Assembly: GCA_038902775.1 (NCBI GenBank)
Contig: JBCKNM010000003.1
Location: 3-64,002, forward strand
From: Polaromonas sp.
Lineage (GTDB): Bacteria; Pseudomonadota; Gammaproteobacteria; Burkholderiales; Burkholderiaceae_C
Direction: 5' to 3'
DNA length: 64,000 nucleotides
Part shown: piece after piece, positions 37,998 to 49,444 of the stretch
Layout of the letters: each line of letters starts with the position of its first letter
How positions within the stretch are numbered: the stretch's first letter is position 1
The notes under the pieces: model-generated
The model's input: the letters and a program-made list of their open reading frames with translations, nothing else
Databases searched by the model: none
Told to the model about the DNA's origin: nothing
Program-made: the position numbers and the translations under genes

Positions 37998-40592
37998 ATG
38001 CTAGAAGCCCCCAAGCAACATACCCCCATGATGGCCCAGTACCACGCCATCAAGGTGGAGTACCCCGAGACGCTGGTTTTCTATCGCATGGGTGATTTTT
38101 ACGAGGTGTTTTTTGCCGATGCTGAAAAAGCCTCGCGCCTGCTTGGCATCACGCTAACGCGACGTGGCCAGTCGGCTGGTGAGCCGGTTGTCATGGCGGG
38201 TGTGCCTTTTCATTCGCTTGAAGGCTATTTGGCCAAGCTCATCAAGCTTGGTGAGTCGGTCGCGATTTGCGAGCAGGTGGGTGATGTGGCTACCGCCAAG
38301 GGACCGGTCGAGCGCAAGGTGGTGCGTGTGGTCACGCCCGGCACCCTGACCGACACCGAACTGCTCAGCGACAAAACCGAATCCATCCTGCTGGCCGTAC
38401 ACCAGGGCGCGCGCAACACCTGCGGCCTGGCGTGGTTGAGCGTGACGCAGGGCCAGATCAACCTGGCGCAGTGCCCGAACGATGAGCTGGAAAGCGCTCT
38501 AGCACGCATTGCCCCCAGCGAGCTGATTTACAACGTTGATGTCACGCCGACTTTTGAGTTGCGTTTGAAGGCGCTGCGCTGCGCTGTCAGCGCCCGCCCG
38601 GCCTGGCAGTTTGATGCCGCACTGGGTGCGCGGCGGTTGCTGGATCAACTTAAGGTCGCATCGCTGGCTTCATGGAACGCTGAAGGCTTGCATGAAGCGC
38701 ACGCCGCTGCATCCAGCCTGCTGGGCTACGCAGAACACACGCAGGGCCGCACCCTGCCCCATGTGCAGGCCCTGGCTGTGGTGCGCTCGGACGAATTGAT
38801 TGAGCTGCCGCTCACCACACGGCGCAACCTGGAGCTCACGCAAACGCTGCGCGGTGAAGATTCACCGACGCTGTTTTCATTGCTCGACACCTGCGTCACT
38901 GGCATGGGTAGCCGTACGCTTAAAAGCTGGCTGCTCAACCCCAGCCGGGACCGCAGCCAAGCCGCAAGCAGGCTTGAAGCCATCACGTATTTGCGCAGTG
39001 GCCCACAGCAAACCTTGCGCACGCAGCTCAAGGGCACCAGCGACGTAGAGCGCATCACCGCCCGCATCGCACTACGCCAGGTGCGGCCACGCGAGCTGCT
39101 GGCCTTACAGTTGACGCTACAGCGTTTGCTATTAAAAAAAGAGCTGGTCATGTCAATTTCTATTGGACTACAGCCACTTTTAGCCTCTATTTTTTCTGAT
39201 TTAAAGCCGCCGGAAGGCTGCGAAACGCTGATTAGCCGCAGCATCCTGCCCGAGCCCGCTGCGCTGGTGCGTGACGGCGGCGTTATCAACCATGGCTGCG
39301 ATGCAGACCTTGACGAGCTGCGCGGCATACAGACCCATTGCGATGCGTTTTTATTGGACCTTGAAGGCCGCGAAAAGCTGCGCACCGGCATCAGCAACCT
39401 GCGCGTGCAGTTCAACAAGGTGCACGGCTTTTACATCGAGGTCACGCAGGGCCAACTTGACAAAGTGCCCGCTGACTACCGCCGCCGCCAGACGCTGAAA
39501 AACGCCGAGCGCTACATCACGCCCGAACTGAAGGCGTTTGAAGACAAGGCCCTGTCGGCGCAAGAACGGGCGCTGGCGCGTGAGAAGTTTTTATATGAAC
39601 AGTTACTGGATCAGTTGCAGACCTACATTCCCGCACTGAGTCGCCTGGCACGCGCCCTCGCCGCACTGGATGCGCTGTGTGCGCTGGCCGAGCGCTCGCT
39701 CACGCTGAACTGGGCCGCACCGGTTTTTGTCAAAGAGCCGTGCATTGACATCGCCCAGGGCCGGCACCCGGTGGTTGAAGCGCGGCTGCTGGAGACCGGT
39801 GCAACAGCATTTATCGCCAACGATTGCCAGTTGCTGGCCAAGCAGCGTATGCAGGTCATCACTGGCCCCAACATGGGCGGCAAGTCAACCTACATGCGTC
39901 AGGTAGCGCTGATTGTGCTGCTGGCCAGCATCGGCTCTTATGTGCCCGCTGAGGCTTGCCGGCTGGGGCCGATTGATGCCATCCACACCCGCATTGGCGC
40001 GGCAGATGATGTGGCCAACGCGCAATCGACTTTCATGCTGGAGATGCTGGAGGCGGCGCAAATTTTGCACAGCGGCACAAAGCATTCGCTGGTGCTGATG
40101 GACGAGATTGGGCGCGGCACATCAACCTTTGATGGTCTGGCACTGGCGGGCGGCATTGCCGCGTACCTGCACAACAAAACGCAGGCCTTCACGCTGTTTG
40201 CCACGCATTATTTTGAGCTGACCGAGTTCCCGGCCAAACACCACGCTGCCATCAACGTCCACGTCAGCGCGGTTGAGGCGGGTAGTGACATCGTGTTTCT
40301 GCATCACATAGAACCCGGCCCGGCCAGCAAGAGCTACGGTATTGCGGTGGCCAAACTGGCAGGCGTACCGGCTGCGGTCGTCAGCCATGCGCGGCACGCC
40401 TTGGCGGCACTGGAGGCCCAGCAGGTGGACGCACGTGCGCAGGTTGATTTGTTTGCCGCACCGCCTGAAGCGGCTGCCACTGAACCAAGCGCCCTGGAGA
40501 AGACATTGGCTAGCATTGACCCTGATGCACTTAGCCCACGCGAGGCGCTGGATACGCTTTACCGGCTGAAAAAACTCTCAAAACAAAGCTGA
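37998..40592 (+). CDS. mutS: DNA mismatch repair protein MutS
   Basis: [37 protein letters not shown]. Confidence 0.98.
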   Translation: MLEAPKQHTPMMAQYHAIKVEYPETLVFYRMGDFYEVFFADAEKASRLLGITLTRRGQSAGEPVVMAGVPFHSLEGYLAKLIKLGESVAICEQVGDVATAKGPVERKVVRVVTPGTLTDTELLSDKTESILLAVHQGARNTCGLAWLSVTQGQINLAQCPNDELESALARIAPSELIYNVDVTPTFELRLKALRCAVSARPAWQFDAALGARRLLDQLKVASLASWNAEGLHEAHAAASSLLGYAEHTQGRTLPHVQALAVVRSDELIELPLTTRRNLELTQTLRGEDSPTLFSLLDTCVTGMGSRTLKSWLLNPSRDRSQAASRLEAITYLRSGPQQTLRTQLKGTSDVERITARIALRQVRPRELLALQLTLQRLLLKKELVMSISIGLQPLLASIFSDLKPPEGCETLISRSILPEPAALVRDGGVINHGCDADLDELRGIQTHCDAFLLDLEGREKLRTGISNLRVQFNKVHGFYIEVTQGQLDKVPADYRRRQTLKNAERYITPELKAFEDKALSAQERALAREKFLYEQLLDQLQTYIPALSRLARALAALDALCALAERSLTLNWAAPVFVKEPCIDIAQGRHPVVEARLLETGATAFIANDCQLLAKQRMQVITGPNMGGKSTYMRQVALIVLLASIGSYVPAEACRLGPIDAIHTRIGAADDVANAQSTFMLEMLEAAQILHSGTKHSLVLMDEIGRGTSTFDGLALAGGIAAYLHNKTQAFTLFATHYFELTEFPAKHHAAINVHVSAVEAGSDIVFLHHIEPGPASKSYGIAVAKLAGVPAAVVSHARHALAALEAQQVDARAQVDLFAAPPEAAATEPSALEKTLASIDPDALSPREALDTLYRLKKLSKQS

Positions 40593-40602
40593 TTTAGCCC
40601 AC

Positions 40603-41448
40603 ATGTCACGGACAGCGTCTAAACCACTGATTATTTTTTCCCACGGCAACAGCTTCCCCGCCAGCACCTACGGCGTGCTGTTCCGGAGGCTTGAGGCGCG
40701 TGGTTATCAGGTCAAGGCGATTGAAAAATTCGGCCATGACCCGGCCTACTCCGTCACCAGCAACTGGCCGCACCTGGTGCAGCAACTGGCCGACTTCACG
40801 GCAGAGCAGGTTGAGCGCACCGGCCAGCCAGCGTTTCTGGTCGGTCATTCACTGGGCGGTTTTTTAAGTCTGATGAGTGCGGCCATGCACCCCCAGTGCG
40901 GTGGCCAGCCCGTGCAGGGCGTTGTGCTGCTCGACTCTCCCGTCATCGGTGGCTGGCGCGCCACGGCGCTCAGTGTGGCCAAGCGCTCCAGGCTGGTCGG
41001 CTCGGTATCGCCGGGTGCCATCAGCCGCAAACGCAAAAACCAGTGGCTGGGCAAAGATGAGGTGTTTGCATACTTCCGGAGCAAAAAAACCTTTGCGAAA
41101 TGGGATGAGGAAGTACTGCGCGATTACATCGAGCATGACACCCATGACGCGCTGGACAAGACCGATGGCGAGCGGCATTTGAGTTTTGACCGCGATGTGG
41201 AAACCGCGATCTACAACACCCTGCCCGACAACCTCGAAGGCCTGCTCAAGCGCCATCCGCTCAAGTGCCCGGTGGCCTTTATCGGCGGACGCCAATCGGT
41301 CGAGATGAAGCAGGTGGGCATGGCCATGACCGAAAAAGTCACCAAGGGCCGCATCATGATGCTCGACGGCAGCCACCTGTTTCCGATGGAAAAACCGGCG
41401 GCAACAGCCGCGGCCATCGAAGCGGCCCTGCGCAACCTGATGGACTAA
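40603..41448 (+). CDS. Alpha/beta hydrolase
   Basis: HGNSF, GHSLGG nucleophile elbow, GSHLFPME. Confidence 0.88.
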   Translation: MSRTASKPLIIFSHGNSFPASTYGVLFRRLEARGYQVKAIEKFGHDPAYSVTSNWPHLVQQLADFTAEQVERTGQPAFLVGHSLGGFLSLMSAAMHPQCGGQPVQGVVLLDSPVIGGWRATALSVAKRSRLVGSVSPGAISRKRKNQWLGKDEVFAYFRSKKTFAKWDEEVLRDYIEHDTHDALDKTDGERHLSFDRDVETAIYNTLPDNLEGLLKRHPLKCPVAFIGGRQSVEMKQVGMAMTEKVTKGRIMMLDGSHLFPMEKPAATAAAIEAALRNLMD

Positions 41449-41589
41449 GGGAAATGAAAATTACAAAAATACCATCAGAGCGTCATCGCGAGCGCAGCGT
41501 GGCGATCCATGGTCGCGAGCCGGCGGGGCATGGATTGCCGCGCTGCGCTCGCAATGACGAAACAGGTATGTTTGAAGTTTCCATCTCCC
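41449..41589. mobile_element. Family G MITE with nested family C palindrome (diverged copy)
   Basis: TAA|GGGAAATGAAAATT...AAGTTTCCATCTCCC|TAA; C doublet CGTCATCGCGAGCG...CGCTCGCAATGACG at 41481-41559. Confidence 0.8.
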
Positions 41590-42422
41590 TAAGCAGTCCA
41601 GGAAACCCAGCCCATCTGCGCCGTCACCAGCACCACCACACCGAAGACGATGCGATACCAGGCAAACGGTACGAAGTCGTGTGTGCTGATGTAGCGCAGC
41701 AACCAGCGCACGCACAACCACGCGCTGATGAATGAAAATACCAAGCCCACAGCGAACATCGGCACGTCAGCCATCGACAGCAAAGCACGCTCTTTATACA
41801 AGCTGTAAACACCTGCGCCAATCAGCGTGGGCATGGCGAGAAAAAATGAAAAATCAGTAGCCGCCTTGCGCGACAAGCCGAGCAACATACCGCCAATAAT
41901 CGTCGCACCGCTGCGGCTGGTGCCGGGGATCATGGCCAGGCATTGCACCAGACCGACCTTGAGCGCGTCCACGACCGTCATGGCTTCCACCTCGTGGATG
42001 CGCGTTGTGGCCGGGTTCATTTTCTGGCGCCGTTCGGCCCAGAGGATGATGAAGCCGCCAATGATGAAAGTGCTGGCCACCACCACCGGCGTGAACAGGT
42101 GCGCCGTGATGGCCTTGCCAAACAGCAGGCCCAGCAGCACGGCTGGCAAGAAGGCAATGAAAACATTCAATACAAACTGCTGCGCCTGTTTGTCAGTCGG
42201 CAGCGCAACCACGGTGTCACGAATTTTTTGCCAGTAAACCAGAATCACGGCAAAGATGGCCCCGGTCTGGATGGCGATGTCAAATACCTTGGCTTTCTCA
42301 TCATCAAACCCCAGCAGAGCGCCTGCAAGGATGAGATGACCGGTTGACGAGATCGGAAGAAACTCTGTGAGCCCCTCAACAATGCCCATGATGGCAGCCT
42401 TGATCAGCAATGTGATGTCCAC
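41589..42422 (-). CDS. uppP: Undecaprenyl-diphosphate phosphatase
   Basis: [27 protein letters not shown]. Confidence 0.96.
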   Translation of the reverse strand: MDITLLIKAAIMGIVEGLTEFLPISSTGHLILAGALLGFDDEKAKVFDIAIQTGAIFAVILVYWQKIRDTVVALPTDKQAQQFVLNVFIAFLPAVLLGLLFGKAITAHLFTPVVVASTFIIGGFIILWAERRQKMNPATTRIHEVEAMTVVDALKVGLVQCLAMIPGTSRSGATIIGGMLLGLSRKAATDFSFFLAMPTLIGAGVYSLYKERALLSMADVPMFAVGLVFSFISAWLCVRWLLRYISTHDFVPFAWYRIVFGVVVLVTAQMGWVSWTA

Positions 42423-42479
42423 GCACGCTCCAAAAAGATAAGGCGTGATTATCGCCGCTGCTACCCCTAAAATCAGGCC

Positions 42480-44342
42480 ATGACCTCCCCCTCCGAAGCT
42501 AGCTCCAAATCACCTGCGCCCGTCGACAAAGAAGCCAAAACATCTAGCCAGCCTAGCAAACCCAGCAATTTCTTGCGCCAGATCATCGAAAAAGATTTGG
42601 CCGAAGGCACCTACGCCAGCCGCACATGGGGCGGCAGCCCCGGTGACGCGGCCCACCACGCAGCGGGTAAACCAGATGCGCAAAAAGTGCGTATGCGCTT
42701 TCCGCCTGAGCCCAACGGTTACCTGCATGTGGGCCATGCCAAAAGCATTTGCCTCAACTTTGGCCTGGCGCGTGAATATGGCGGCGTGTGCCACCTGCGC
42801 TTTGATGACACCAACCCCGAAAAAGAAGAGCTGGAGTACGTCAACAGCATCATTGAATCGGTCAAATGGCTGGGCTTTGACTACTCACAACCTGGCAACG
42901 ATTTGCCGTATCAGGCCAGCGATTATTTTGACTTCATGTACCGCGCGGCGGAGTACTTGATCGAATCAGGCAATGCCTATGTTGACGAGCAGACGGCTGA
43001 TGAAATGAAGCGCAACCGGGGCGACTTTAACCACCCCGGCAGCAACAGCCCTCATCGAGGTCGCACAGTTGCCGAGAACCTGGCGCGCTTTCGTGACATG
43101 CGTGACGGCAAGCTGCCAGATGGCGCTGCCGTGCTGCGCGCCAAAATCGACATGGCCTCGCCCAACATCAACATGCGCGACCCGGCCATCTACCGCATCA
43201 GGCGCGCCACGCACCACAACACCGGCGATAAATGGTGCATTTACCCGATGTACACCTTTGCCCACCCGGTTGAAGACGCGTTGGAGCAAATCACCCACAG
43301 CATCTGCACGCTGGAGTTTGAAGACCAGCGCCCGTTTTACGACTGGCTGCTCGACCGCCTGGCTGAAGGCGGCTTAATAGCCACACCGCACCCGCGCCAG
43401 TACGAATTTGCACGCCTGAACCTCACCTACGTGCTCACCAGCAAACGCAAGCTCGCGCAACTCGTCAATGAAAAGCGCGTCAGCGGCTGGGACGACCCGC
43501 GTATGCCCACCATCGTCGGCCTGCGCCGCCGTGGCTACACGCCCGAGAGCATCCACCTCTTTTGCGAACGCATAGGCGTGACCAAAAGCGACAGCTGGAT
43601 CGACTACAGCACCCTCGAAGGCGCATTGCGCGACACACTAGACCCCATCGCCCCACGCGCCATGGCGGTGTTAGAGCCCATCAAGCTGGTGCTGACGAAT
43701 TGGGATGAGGTCATGGGTATAAATACGCTTGATGAATGCAGCGCCCCAGTTCACCCGCACCACCCCGAGCAAGGCAAACGCAATTTCAAAATCGGCAAAG
43801 AAGTCTGGATCGAACGCACCGACTATGAAGAGACTCCGCCCAAAGGTTTCTTCAGACTTTTCCCGCCGCATGTGAACGCAAGCGGTGCAGCGCTTGCGGG
43901 GAGCAAAGTCCGCCTGAAATACGGCCACATCATCGAATGCATGGGTGCCACCAAAGACGCAGCAGGCAACATCACCCAAGTGCAAGCCATGCTGATACCA
44001 GACACCAAAAGCGGCACGCCAGGGTCGGACACCGTCAAGGTCAAAGGCGTGATTACCTGGGTCGGTGTGAGCGACGCGGTGCAAGCCGAAGTGCGGCTGT
44101 ATGACAGGCTCTTCACAGTCGCGCACCCCGGCGCGGGCGACAACGACTTTTTGCAAGAACTGAATGCCGAAAGTTTGAAAACCGTGATGGCGTATGTAGA
44201 GCCATCACTGGCGAATGTGCCTGCAGGTACGCGCTTTCAGTTTGAGCGGCATGGGTACTTTGCGGCCGACTTGGTTGATCACAGCGCGGGGAAGCCTGTG
44301 TTTAATCGGGTTACGGGGATGAAGGATAGCTGGGGAAAATAA
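42480..44342 (+). CDS. glnS: Glutamine--tRNA ligase
   Basis: [33 protein letters not shown]. Confidence 0.97.
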   Translation: MTSPSEASSKSPAPVDKEAKTSSQPSKPSNFLRQIIEKDLAEGTYASRTWGGSPGDAAHHAAGKPDAQKVRMRFPPEPNGYLHVGHAKSICLNFGLAREYGGVCHLRFDDTNPEKEELEYVNSIIESVKWLGFDYSQPGNDLPYQASDYFDFMYRAAEYLIESGNAYVDEQTADEMKRNRGDFNHPGSNSPHRGRTVAENLARFRDMRDGKLPDGAAVLRAKIDMASPNINMRDPAIYRIRRATHHNTGDKWCIYPMYTFAHPVEDALEQITHSICTLEFEDQRPFYDWLLDRLAEGGLIATPHPRQYEFARLNLTYVLTSKRKLAQLVNEKRVSGWDDPRMPTIVGLRRRGYTPESIHLFCERIGVTKSDSWIDYSTLEGALRDTLDPIAPRAMAVLEPIKLVLTNWDEVMGINTLDECSAPVHPHHPEQGKRNFKIGKEVWIERTDYEETPPKGFFRLFPPHVNASGAALAGSKVRLKYGHIIECMGATKDAAGNITQVQAMLIPDTKSGTPGSDTVKVKGVITWVGVSDAVQAEVRLYDRLFTVAHPGAGDNDFLQELNAESLKTVMAYVEPSLANVPAGTRFQFERHGYFAADLVDHSAGKPVFNRVTGMKDSWGK

Positions 44343-44444
44343 ATGTTTTCATAATGGGCATCAAGGCATTCAACAACCCCACCGCGAACTTCACTCTAAA
44401 AATTATGATCCAGGCCTATAAATAGCAAATCGAAGAAAGAGAAA

Positions 44445-44798
44445 ATGAAAATTGTTATGGGTGAACTGAATGGCATCAGGCTACTCGACTTGATGAATGC
44501 CTCTACCGCACACTGCAGCCGCGTTACGGCGGCAGTTGCATATGCCACAAGCAACAACCCATTTTTCGAGCATTGTCGCGATCACAAGTTCTTTCTGGAT
44601 TTTTACGGGTTACTAGATGAGGATGAAGCCATAGCTATACCTGTATTGGAAAGATTTTTACAAGACGGACCTCTGGCGGTGAACTGCCGCCTTATCAAAG
44701 GTCATTTTCACTCGAAGGTAATTTGGTGGCATGGCTGGAGTGCCTACATAGGTTCTGCAAATTTGACGCACAAAGCTGGTTCGATCACTTGGTCATGA
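44445..44798 (+). pseudogene. Truncated phospholipase D-like (HKD) nuclease domain
   Basis: AAVAYA strand and FHSKVIWW...YIGSANLT motif, then an abrupt stop; lower GC. Confidence 0.65.
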
Positions 44799-44831
44799 AA
44801 TTCTTTTGTTTTCAAATTGAAGTGAATATTC

Positions 44832-44848
44832 GGGGTCAGACTCCAATT
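44832..44848. repeat. Single arm of family B
   Basis: GGGGTCAGACTCCAATT. Confidence 0.6.
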
Positions 44849-45024
44849 GATTCATGGCAAAAATTGTAAAAACAAGTCGCCTAACCCTCACCCCCAAAAG
44901 CGCTTCAAAAAGCCTTGGAGCAGTCCGCCCAGCAAGCGCAAAAACTGGCTGATGCATTCGGTGTAAAAGTGCCATTCACAAAGACCAAAAAATCAAGTTC
45001 TCCTGTCGTGACGCGCTAGGTCAT

Positions 45025-45066
45025 ATAAACCCCAAATTGGGTACAATAAACCCCATTATGGGTACG
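45025..45066. promoter_or_regulatory. Tandem palindromic operator overlapping the antitoxin start
   Basis: ATAAACCCCA-N3-TGGGTAC twice at a 21-bp period. Confidence 0.65.
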
Positions 45067-45684
45067 ATTCGATCAATACTCCCCACGTCCGCCAGCTTGC
45101 CTGACGCTTTGTTTCCCAAAGTGCGGCAACGCGTGCTGGCCGTGCTGTTTGGTACGCCAGACCGCAGCTTTTACGCCAATGAGGTGATTGCGCTGGCACG
45201 GTCTGGCACGGGTGCTGTGCAGCGAGAGCTTGCGGGTTTGGCAGCGGCGGGCCTGCTTACCGTGCGCAGGCAGGGCAACCAGAAGCACTACCAAGCCAAT
45301 GCCGGCGCGCCTGTGTTTACCGAACTGCGTGGCCTAGTTCTTAAAACCATGGGGCTGGCGGATGTACTGCTGGCGGCATTGGTGCCGCTGGCCGGGCAAA
45401 TTGACGTGGCCTTTGTATATGGCTCTGTCGCGAAACAGCAAGATACGGCGCACAGCGACATAGATGTGTTGATCGTTAGTCCCAGTCTGGGCTACGCGGA
45501 TGTTTTTGGTGCGCTCGAAGCGGCCAGCACCACACTTGGCCGCAAGGTCAACCCCACGCTATACACCCCTGCGGAATTGAATAAGCGCTTAGCCAAGAAC
45601 AATGCTTTTGTTACCCGCGTTCTACAGCAACCCAAAATATGGCTGATCGGAAACGAGGAGTATCTGCATGTCACAAGCACTTGA
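45058..45684 (+). CDS. HTH plus minimal nucleotidyltransferase (MNT) antitoxin
   Basis: N-terminal HTH (GAVQREL) and YGSVAK...SDIDVL. Confidence 0.88.
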   Translation: MGTIRSILPTSASLPDALFPKVRQRVLAVLFGTPDRSFYANEVIALARSGTGAVQRELAGLAAAGLLTVRRQGNQKHYQANAGAPVFTELRGLVLKTMGLADVLLAALVPLAGQIDVAFVYGSVAKQQDTAHSDIDVLIVSPSLGYADVFGALEAASTTLGRKVNPTLYTPAELNKRLAKNNAFVTRVLQQPKIWLIGNEEYLHVTST

Positions 45685-45829
45685 AAACTTATGCGGTGCA
45701 GGCAAACCGCTAAAGTGCCACAACACCCGCAACCTGGGTGAATATGAAGGCCTGCTTGATGTTGATGAAGGGTTGGTAGCGGACTTAATCGCCGCAACCC
45801 AAAAGGTGTCTGATGCACTGGATGCCTGA
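45668..45829 (+). pseudogene. HEPN-like partner, probably with an in-frame internal deletion
   Basis: Manual translation MSQALENLCGAGKPLKCHNTRNLGEYEGLLDVDEGLVADLIAATQKVSDALDA*; 53 aa, keeps both termini and RNxxEY. Confidence 0.65.
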
Positions 45830-45833
45830 CAAC

Positions 45834-46370
45834 TCAATGCCGCACAAGGTGCCGGCGGCTTGCCGCGCGCGGGCAAGCGCCATGCTGCTTGCGAAACTCA
45901 CGCGGCTCAATGGCAGCCTGCGACCACAGGCCGCGGCCTGATGTCCTGGCCTGGGTTTCTTCAGTTGCATAGGGGCCGAGGTTGCGGCGGTGGTGGTAGC
46001 TCCAGGCGTGGCCGTTTACCACCATCCAGCGGCCCACATCGTCACCATCCAGGGTCACAGTGGCCAACATGCGGCCATAGTCGTCCTTGGTGCGGGTGTT
46101 GAGCTGCACGGTTTTAAATTTCACGCGCTGCGTCAATGCGGCAGTGGCCTGTTTGCCCCAGGCCTGGCAAAACTCCGGCGCATCAATGCCCTGAAAGCGC
46201 ACCTTGCGCGGCTCGCCGTGGGCTGATGTGCGTACCCAGAACGTGTCGCCATCAGTGACGTGGGTCACAACCCCGGTGTAGAGGCGCGCCTCGGCAGCCG
46301 TTGTGAAGACTTGCAGGCCAATCGCCGCAAGGGTCAGCGCGATGTACACACGGTAGTTTTGAAGAGCCAT
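45834..46370 (-). CDS. Thermonuclease (SNase) family protein
   Basis: VTDGDT, VRFQGIDAPE, DDYGRMLA, ARTSGRGLW; signal peptide. Confidence 0.92.
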   Translation of the reverse strand: MALQNYRVYIALTLAAIGLQVFTTAAEARLYTGVVTHVTDGDTFWVRTSAHGEPRKVRFQGIDAPEFCQAWGKQATAALTQRVKFKTVQLNTRTKDDYGRMLATVTLDGDDVGRWMVVNGHAWSYHHRRNLGPYATEETQARTSGRGLWSQAAIEPREFRKQHGACPRAASRRHLVRH

Positions 46371-46574
46371 GCAGAGTTAACGCTTTTCCAATCAATAGGG
46401 CCTACACCCAGGCAAAGTCATTATTCCATTTCCAGATCAATACGATATGTTGTTGCTTCGCCTTGGCCGTTACAGCACTGTCTGCGGCTTCGCGCCTAAT
46501 CTCCTATCGATCTGAAAATGGAATTAAACCTTCCACGCAAACAAACTCCACTAAAACGCGGGCTAGTGCACTTA

Positions 46575-46703
46575 GGGAGGTGGACGATACCGATGTACCT
46601 TTTTCCGTCATTGCGAGCGAAGCGCGGCAATCCATGAACCCCTGGATTGCCGCGCTTCGCTCGCAATGACGAGTGGGTGGTACTTTCGCAATTGCCAACT
46701 CCC
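46575..46703. mobile_element. Family G MITE with nested family C palindrome
   Basis: GGGAGGTGG...CCAACTCCC, flanks TTA/TAA; perfect 29-bp-arm palindrome at 46606-46671. Confidence 0.88.
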
Positions 46704-46717
46704 TAACAGCGCCCGCT

Positions 46718-47698
46718 TTACAAAATGCGCTGCGCAATGGTTGTGTACAGCGGTATGCCCAGCAAAATATTGAACGGAAACGTCAGCCCCAGTGACATGC
46801 CAAAGTAAAGCGAGGGGTTAGCCTCGGGAATCGCGTGGCGAATCACGGCGGGTACGGCAATGTACGACGCACTGGCCGCCAGCACCATCAACAGCGCCGT
46901 GTTGCCGGGTGTCATGCCGGTCAGCACCGCAAGCAGCAAGGCCAGTGATGCGTGTACCAGCGGACCAACGATCGCGTAGGTCAACAGCCAAAACGATTTC
47001 CCCCGCAGCCCGCCCATGTTGCGCGCAGCCAGCAGGCCCATGTCGAGCAGAAAAAACGCCAGCATGCCTTTGAACAAATCGTCCGTGAAGGTCTGCATTG
47101 CCGTTTGCCCGGACTGGCCCGTCAAAATACCGATCAGCATGGCACCCAGCAGCAACATCTGCGCACCATCCGTCAACGATTCATGCAAAATTTTCCCCAT
47201 GGAGGGCGATGCGCTAGGGCCGACACCTATATCAACACCACTAACAGCATTGCGCTGCCGAACCATATTCGCCAGCACCACCGCCAGCACAATCGCTGGC
47301 GACTCCATCAAGGCCATGGCTGCAGCCATGTGGCCACCGTAGGCGATCTGATTCGTGTCGAGGTACTGAACGGCTGTGATGAAGGTCACCGCACTCACCG
47401 AGCCGTAAGTTGCAGCAATAGCCGCAGCATCAAACCCGTTTAAAAATCGCCGCAGCAGCGCGTACCCCAGCAAAGGCACCACAAACGCCAGTGCGACGGC
47501 ACAGCCCAAACTGACGGCCACCTCGGTCGTCAACCCCGATTTAGCCAGCGCAAACCCGCCTTTAAGGCCCAGCGCCATCAAAAGGTAAAGCGACAAAAAG
47601 CGCGATATTTGCGGTGGAATTTCAAGGTTGGACTTCAGCGTGCCTGCAAAAATACCAAAAACAAAAAACAAAACGGCAGGGTCAAAAAAACTTTGCAT
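46718..47698 (-). CDS. SbtA-like sodium-dependent bicarbonate transport family permease
   Basis: KSNLEIP, ATYGSVSAVTF, MESPAI, ASASYIAVPA, LGLTFPFNI. Confidence 0.9.
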   Translation of the reverse strand: MQSFFDPAVLFFVFGIFAGTLKSNLEIPPQISRFLSLYLLMALGLKGGFALAKSGLTTEVAVSLGCAVALAFVVPLLGYALLRRFLNGFDAAAIAATYGSVSAVTFITAVQYLDTNQIAYGGHMAAAMALMESPAIVLAVVLANMVRQRNAVSGVDIGVGPSASPSMGKILHESLTDGAQMLLLGAMLIGILTGQSGQTAMQTFTDDLFKGMLAFFLLDMGLLAARNMGGLRGKSFWLLTYAIVGPLVHASLALLLAVLTGMTPGNTALLMVLAASASYIAVPAVIRHAIPEANPSLYFGMSLGLTFPFNILLGIPLYTTIAQRIL

Positions 47699-47792
47699 CG
47701 GTAACTTTCAGCTATTTCTAAAAAAATCTGGTTTGCAACAAAAGGCGTTTCAAGCTGTCAAGTTTGGCCAAAAAATGCATTGATGTCTAATA

Positions 47793-48740
47793 ATGCTTTA
47801 TAATGTTTTATATAGACAAAATCGAATGTATTTAAACAAACCACCTCGCGCCAGTTTTTCCCAGCTGCGCAGCTTTGAAGCGGTGGCCAAATACGGCGGC
47901 ATCACGCGCGCTGCCAAAGCACTGCACCTCACGCAGCCCACCGTATCAACCCAATTGCGCGAGCTGCGTGAATCGGTTGGCATAGACCTGTTGGTATCCG
48001 CCGGGCGAGGTGTGCAGTTAACTGACGCAGGCCGTACGCTACTGAAAACCGTATCGCACATGTTTGCCCACTGGCGTGAATTCGAAGAAGATATTGCCGA
48101 CATGCAGGGGCTGGTACGTGGATCGTTGCGCATCGCGGGTGTAACGACTACCGAGTATTTTTTGGCGCAGTGGCTCAAACCTTTTTTAGACACCTACCCC
48201 GGCATTGAGGTGGACTTGGTCATAGACAACCGCGATGCCATCATTCGCCGCCTGGAGCGCGAGCAAGACGACCTGGCCATCATGATGATGCCGCCCACCC
48301 ATTTGGCGCTGCAAAGCTTGGAAGTGATGGACAACCCGCTGTGCCTGATTGGCCCTGTCAATCACCCGTGGGCCAAGCGTCGCACCACGCCCTTAGCCAA
48401 GCTGGCTGATGTTGACTTGCTGATGCGCGAGGTTGGCTCTGGCACGCGCCAAGCCACGCTTGATTTTTTAGCCGAGCACAAGCTGACGCCGCGCATCCGC
48501 ATGACGCTGGGCAGCAACGAAGCCATCAAACACGCAGTAGCTGCCGGGCTGGGTTTGGCGGTGCTGTCGCGCCACGCGCTAGCCAAAGACCCCGCGCAAG
48601 ACGGCTTGTGCGTGCTGCGCGTCTCTAGCCTGCCCATTCAGAAGCACTGGCGCGTGGTCTGGCGACAAGACCGCCGCCTGCCCCGCGTTGCCAAAGTGTT
48701 CATGGAGTTTGTACAGCAGCAGTCGGCCCTGAAAGCCTAA
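47793..48740 (+). CDS. LysR-family regulator (CbbR/CmpR-like)
   Basis: TRAAKALHLTQPTVSTQLRELR HTH, REVGSGTR, GSNEAIKHAVAAGLG; start may be 47826. Confidence 0.92.
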   Translation: MLYNVLYRQNRMYLNKPPRASFSQLRSFEAVAKYGGITRAAKALHLTQPTVSTQLRELRESVGIDLLVSAGRGVQLTDAGRTLLKTVSHMFAHWREFEEDIADMQGLVRGSLRIAGVTTTEYFLAQWLKPFLDTYPGIEVDLVIDNRDAIIRRLEREQDDLAIMMMPPTHLALQSLEVMDNPLCLIGPVNHPWAKRRTTPLAKLADVDLLMREVGSGTRQATLDFLAEHKLTPRIRMTLGSNEAIKHAVAAGLGLAVLSRHALAKDPAQDGLCVLRVSSLPIQKHWRVVWRQDRRLPRVAKVFMEFVQQQSALKA

Positions 48741-48741
48741 A

Positions 48742-48884
48742 GGGCACCTCTATAAATTCATTTTTCAGGCGAATTGCGTCGTTGGGCGGTACTCGCAATC
48801 CTCACGTACCTGAAGTACGTTCCGGTTGCTGCGCTCCGTCCGCCTAGCACTTCATCCTGAAAATCTGAATTTCTAGAAGTGCCC
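48742..48884. mobile_element. MITE family A, TAAA target duplication at the LysR stop codon
   Basis: TAAA|GGGCACCTCTA...TAGAAGTGCCC|TAAA. Confidence 0.92.
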
Positions 48885-48915
48885 TAAATTTAAGCCTAGA
48901 TTCGGCGCGGTCTGC

Positions 48916-49015
48916 GGGTTATTGGGGTCAGACACCAATTTCGCTGCAGTGCAAGCACTGCACCCTACGGGCGAGCCAAAGGCTCGGCGAATTTGGGCTC
49001 TGACCCCAAAAACCC
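48916..49015. repeat. Family B element (subtype 2)
   Basis: Same termini as other B copies; different but base-pair-compatible interior. Confidence 0.9.
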
Positions 49016-49426
49016 TTACTCATCCACCTTGCCGCGCAGGCTTTTGATCTCTGAGCGCTGGCTTTTGCCTTCCAGCCGCCGCTGCCGGGAGCCGTAAGTC
49101 GGCTTGGTAGGCCGACGTGTTTTGGGCGGCGTGGCAACGCTGTCCACCACCTCTTGCAGCCGCGCTAGAGCATCGCTGCGGTTCATTTCTTGCGTGCGGT
49201 GCTGCTGGGCTTTTAAAACGAACATACCAGCGTCTGTGATGCGGCTGTCGTTCAGGGCCAGCAGCCTTGCTTTGATGTCTTCGGGCAATGATGAGGCGGT
49301 GATGTCAAAGCGTAAATGGATGGCGCTTGAGACCTTGTTGACGTTTTGCCCACCAGCACCCTGCGCACGTATGGCGGTGCATTCGACCTCGCGCTCGTCA
49401 ACAACAAAAAGAAGCTGCGTTGCCAT
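49016..49426 (-). CDS. arfB: Alternative ribosome rescue peptidyl-tRNA hydrolase
   Basis: GAGGQNVNKVSS, RTQEMNR, basic C-terminal tail. Confidence 0.95.
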   Translation of the reverse strand: MATQLLFVVDEREVECTAIRAQGAGGQNVNKVSSAIHLRFDITASSLPEDIKARLLALNDSRITDAGMFVLKAQQHRTQEMNRSDALARLQEVVDSVATPPKTRRPTKPTYGSRQRRLEGKSQRSEIKSLRGKVDE

Positions 49427-49444
49427 GGCTCACCGCCTGCCGAA

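Noticed and set aside
48916-49015. Cloverleaf-like B element as a tRNA
   Set aside because: No T-loop or D-loop consensus, no 7-nt anticodon loop and no CCA end; loops are mostly 2-3 nt
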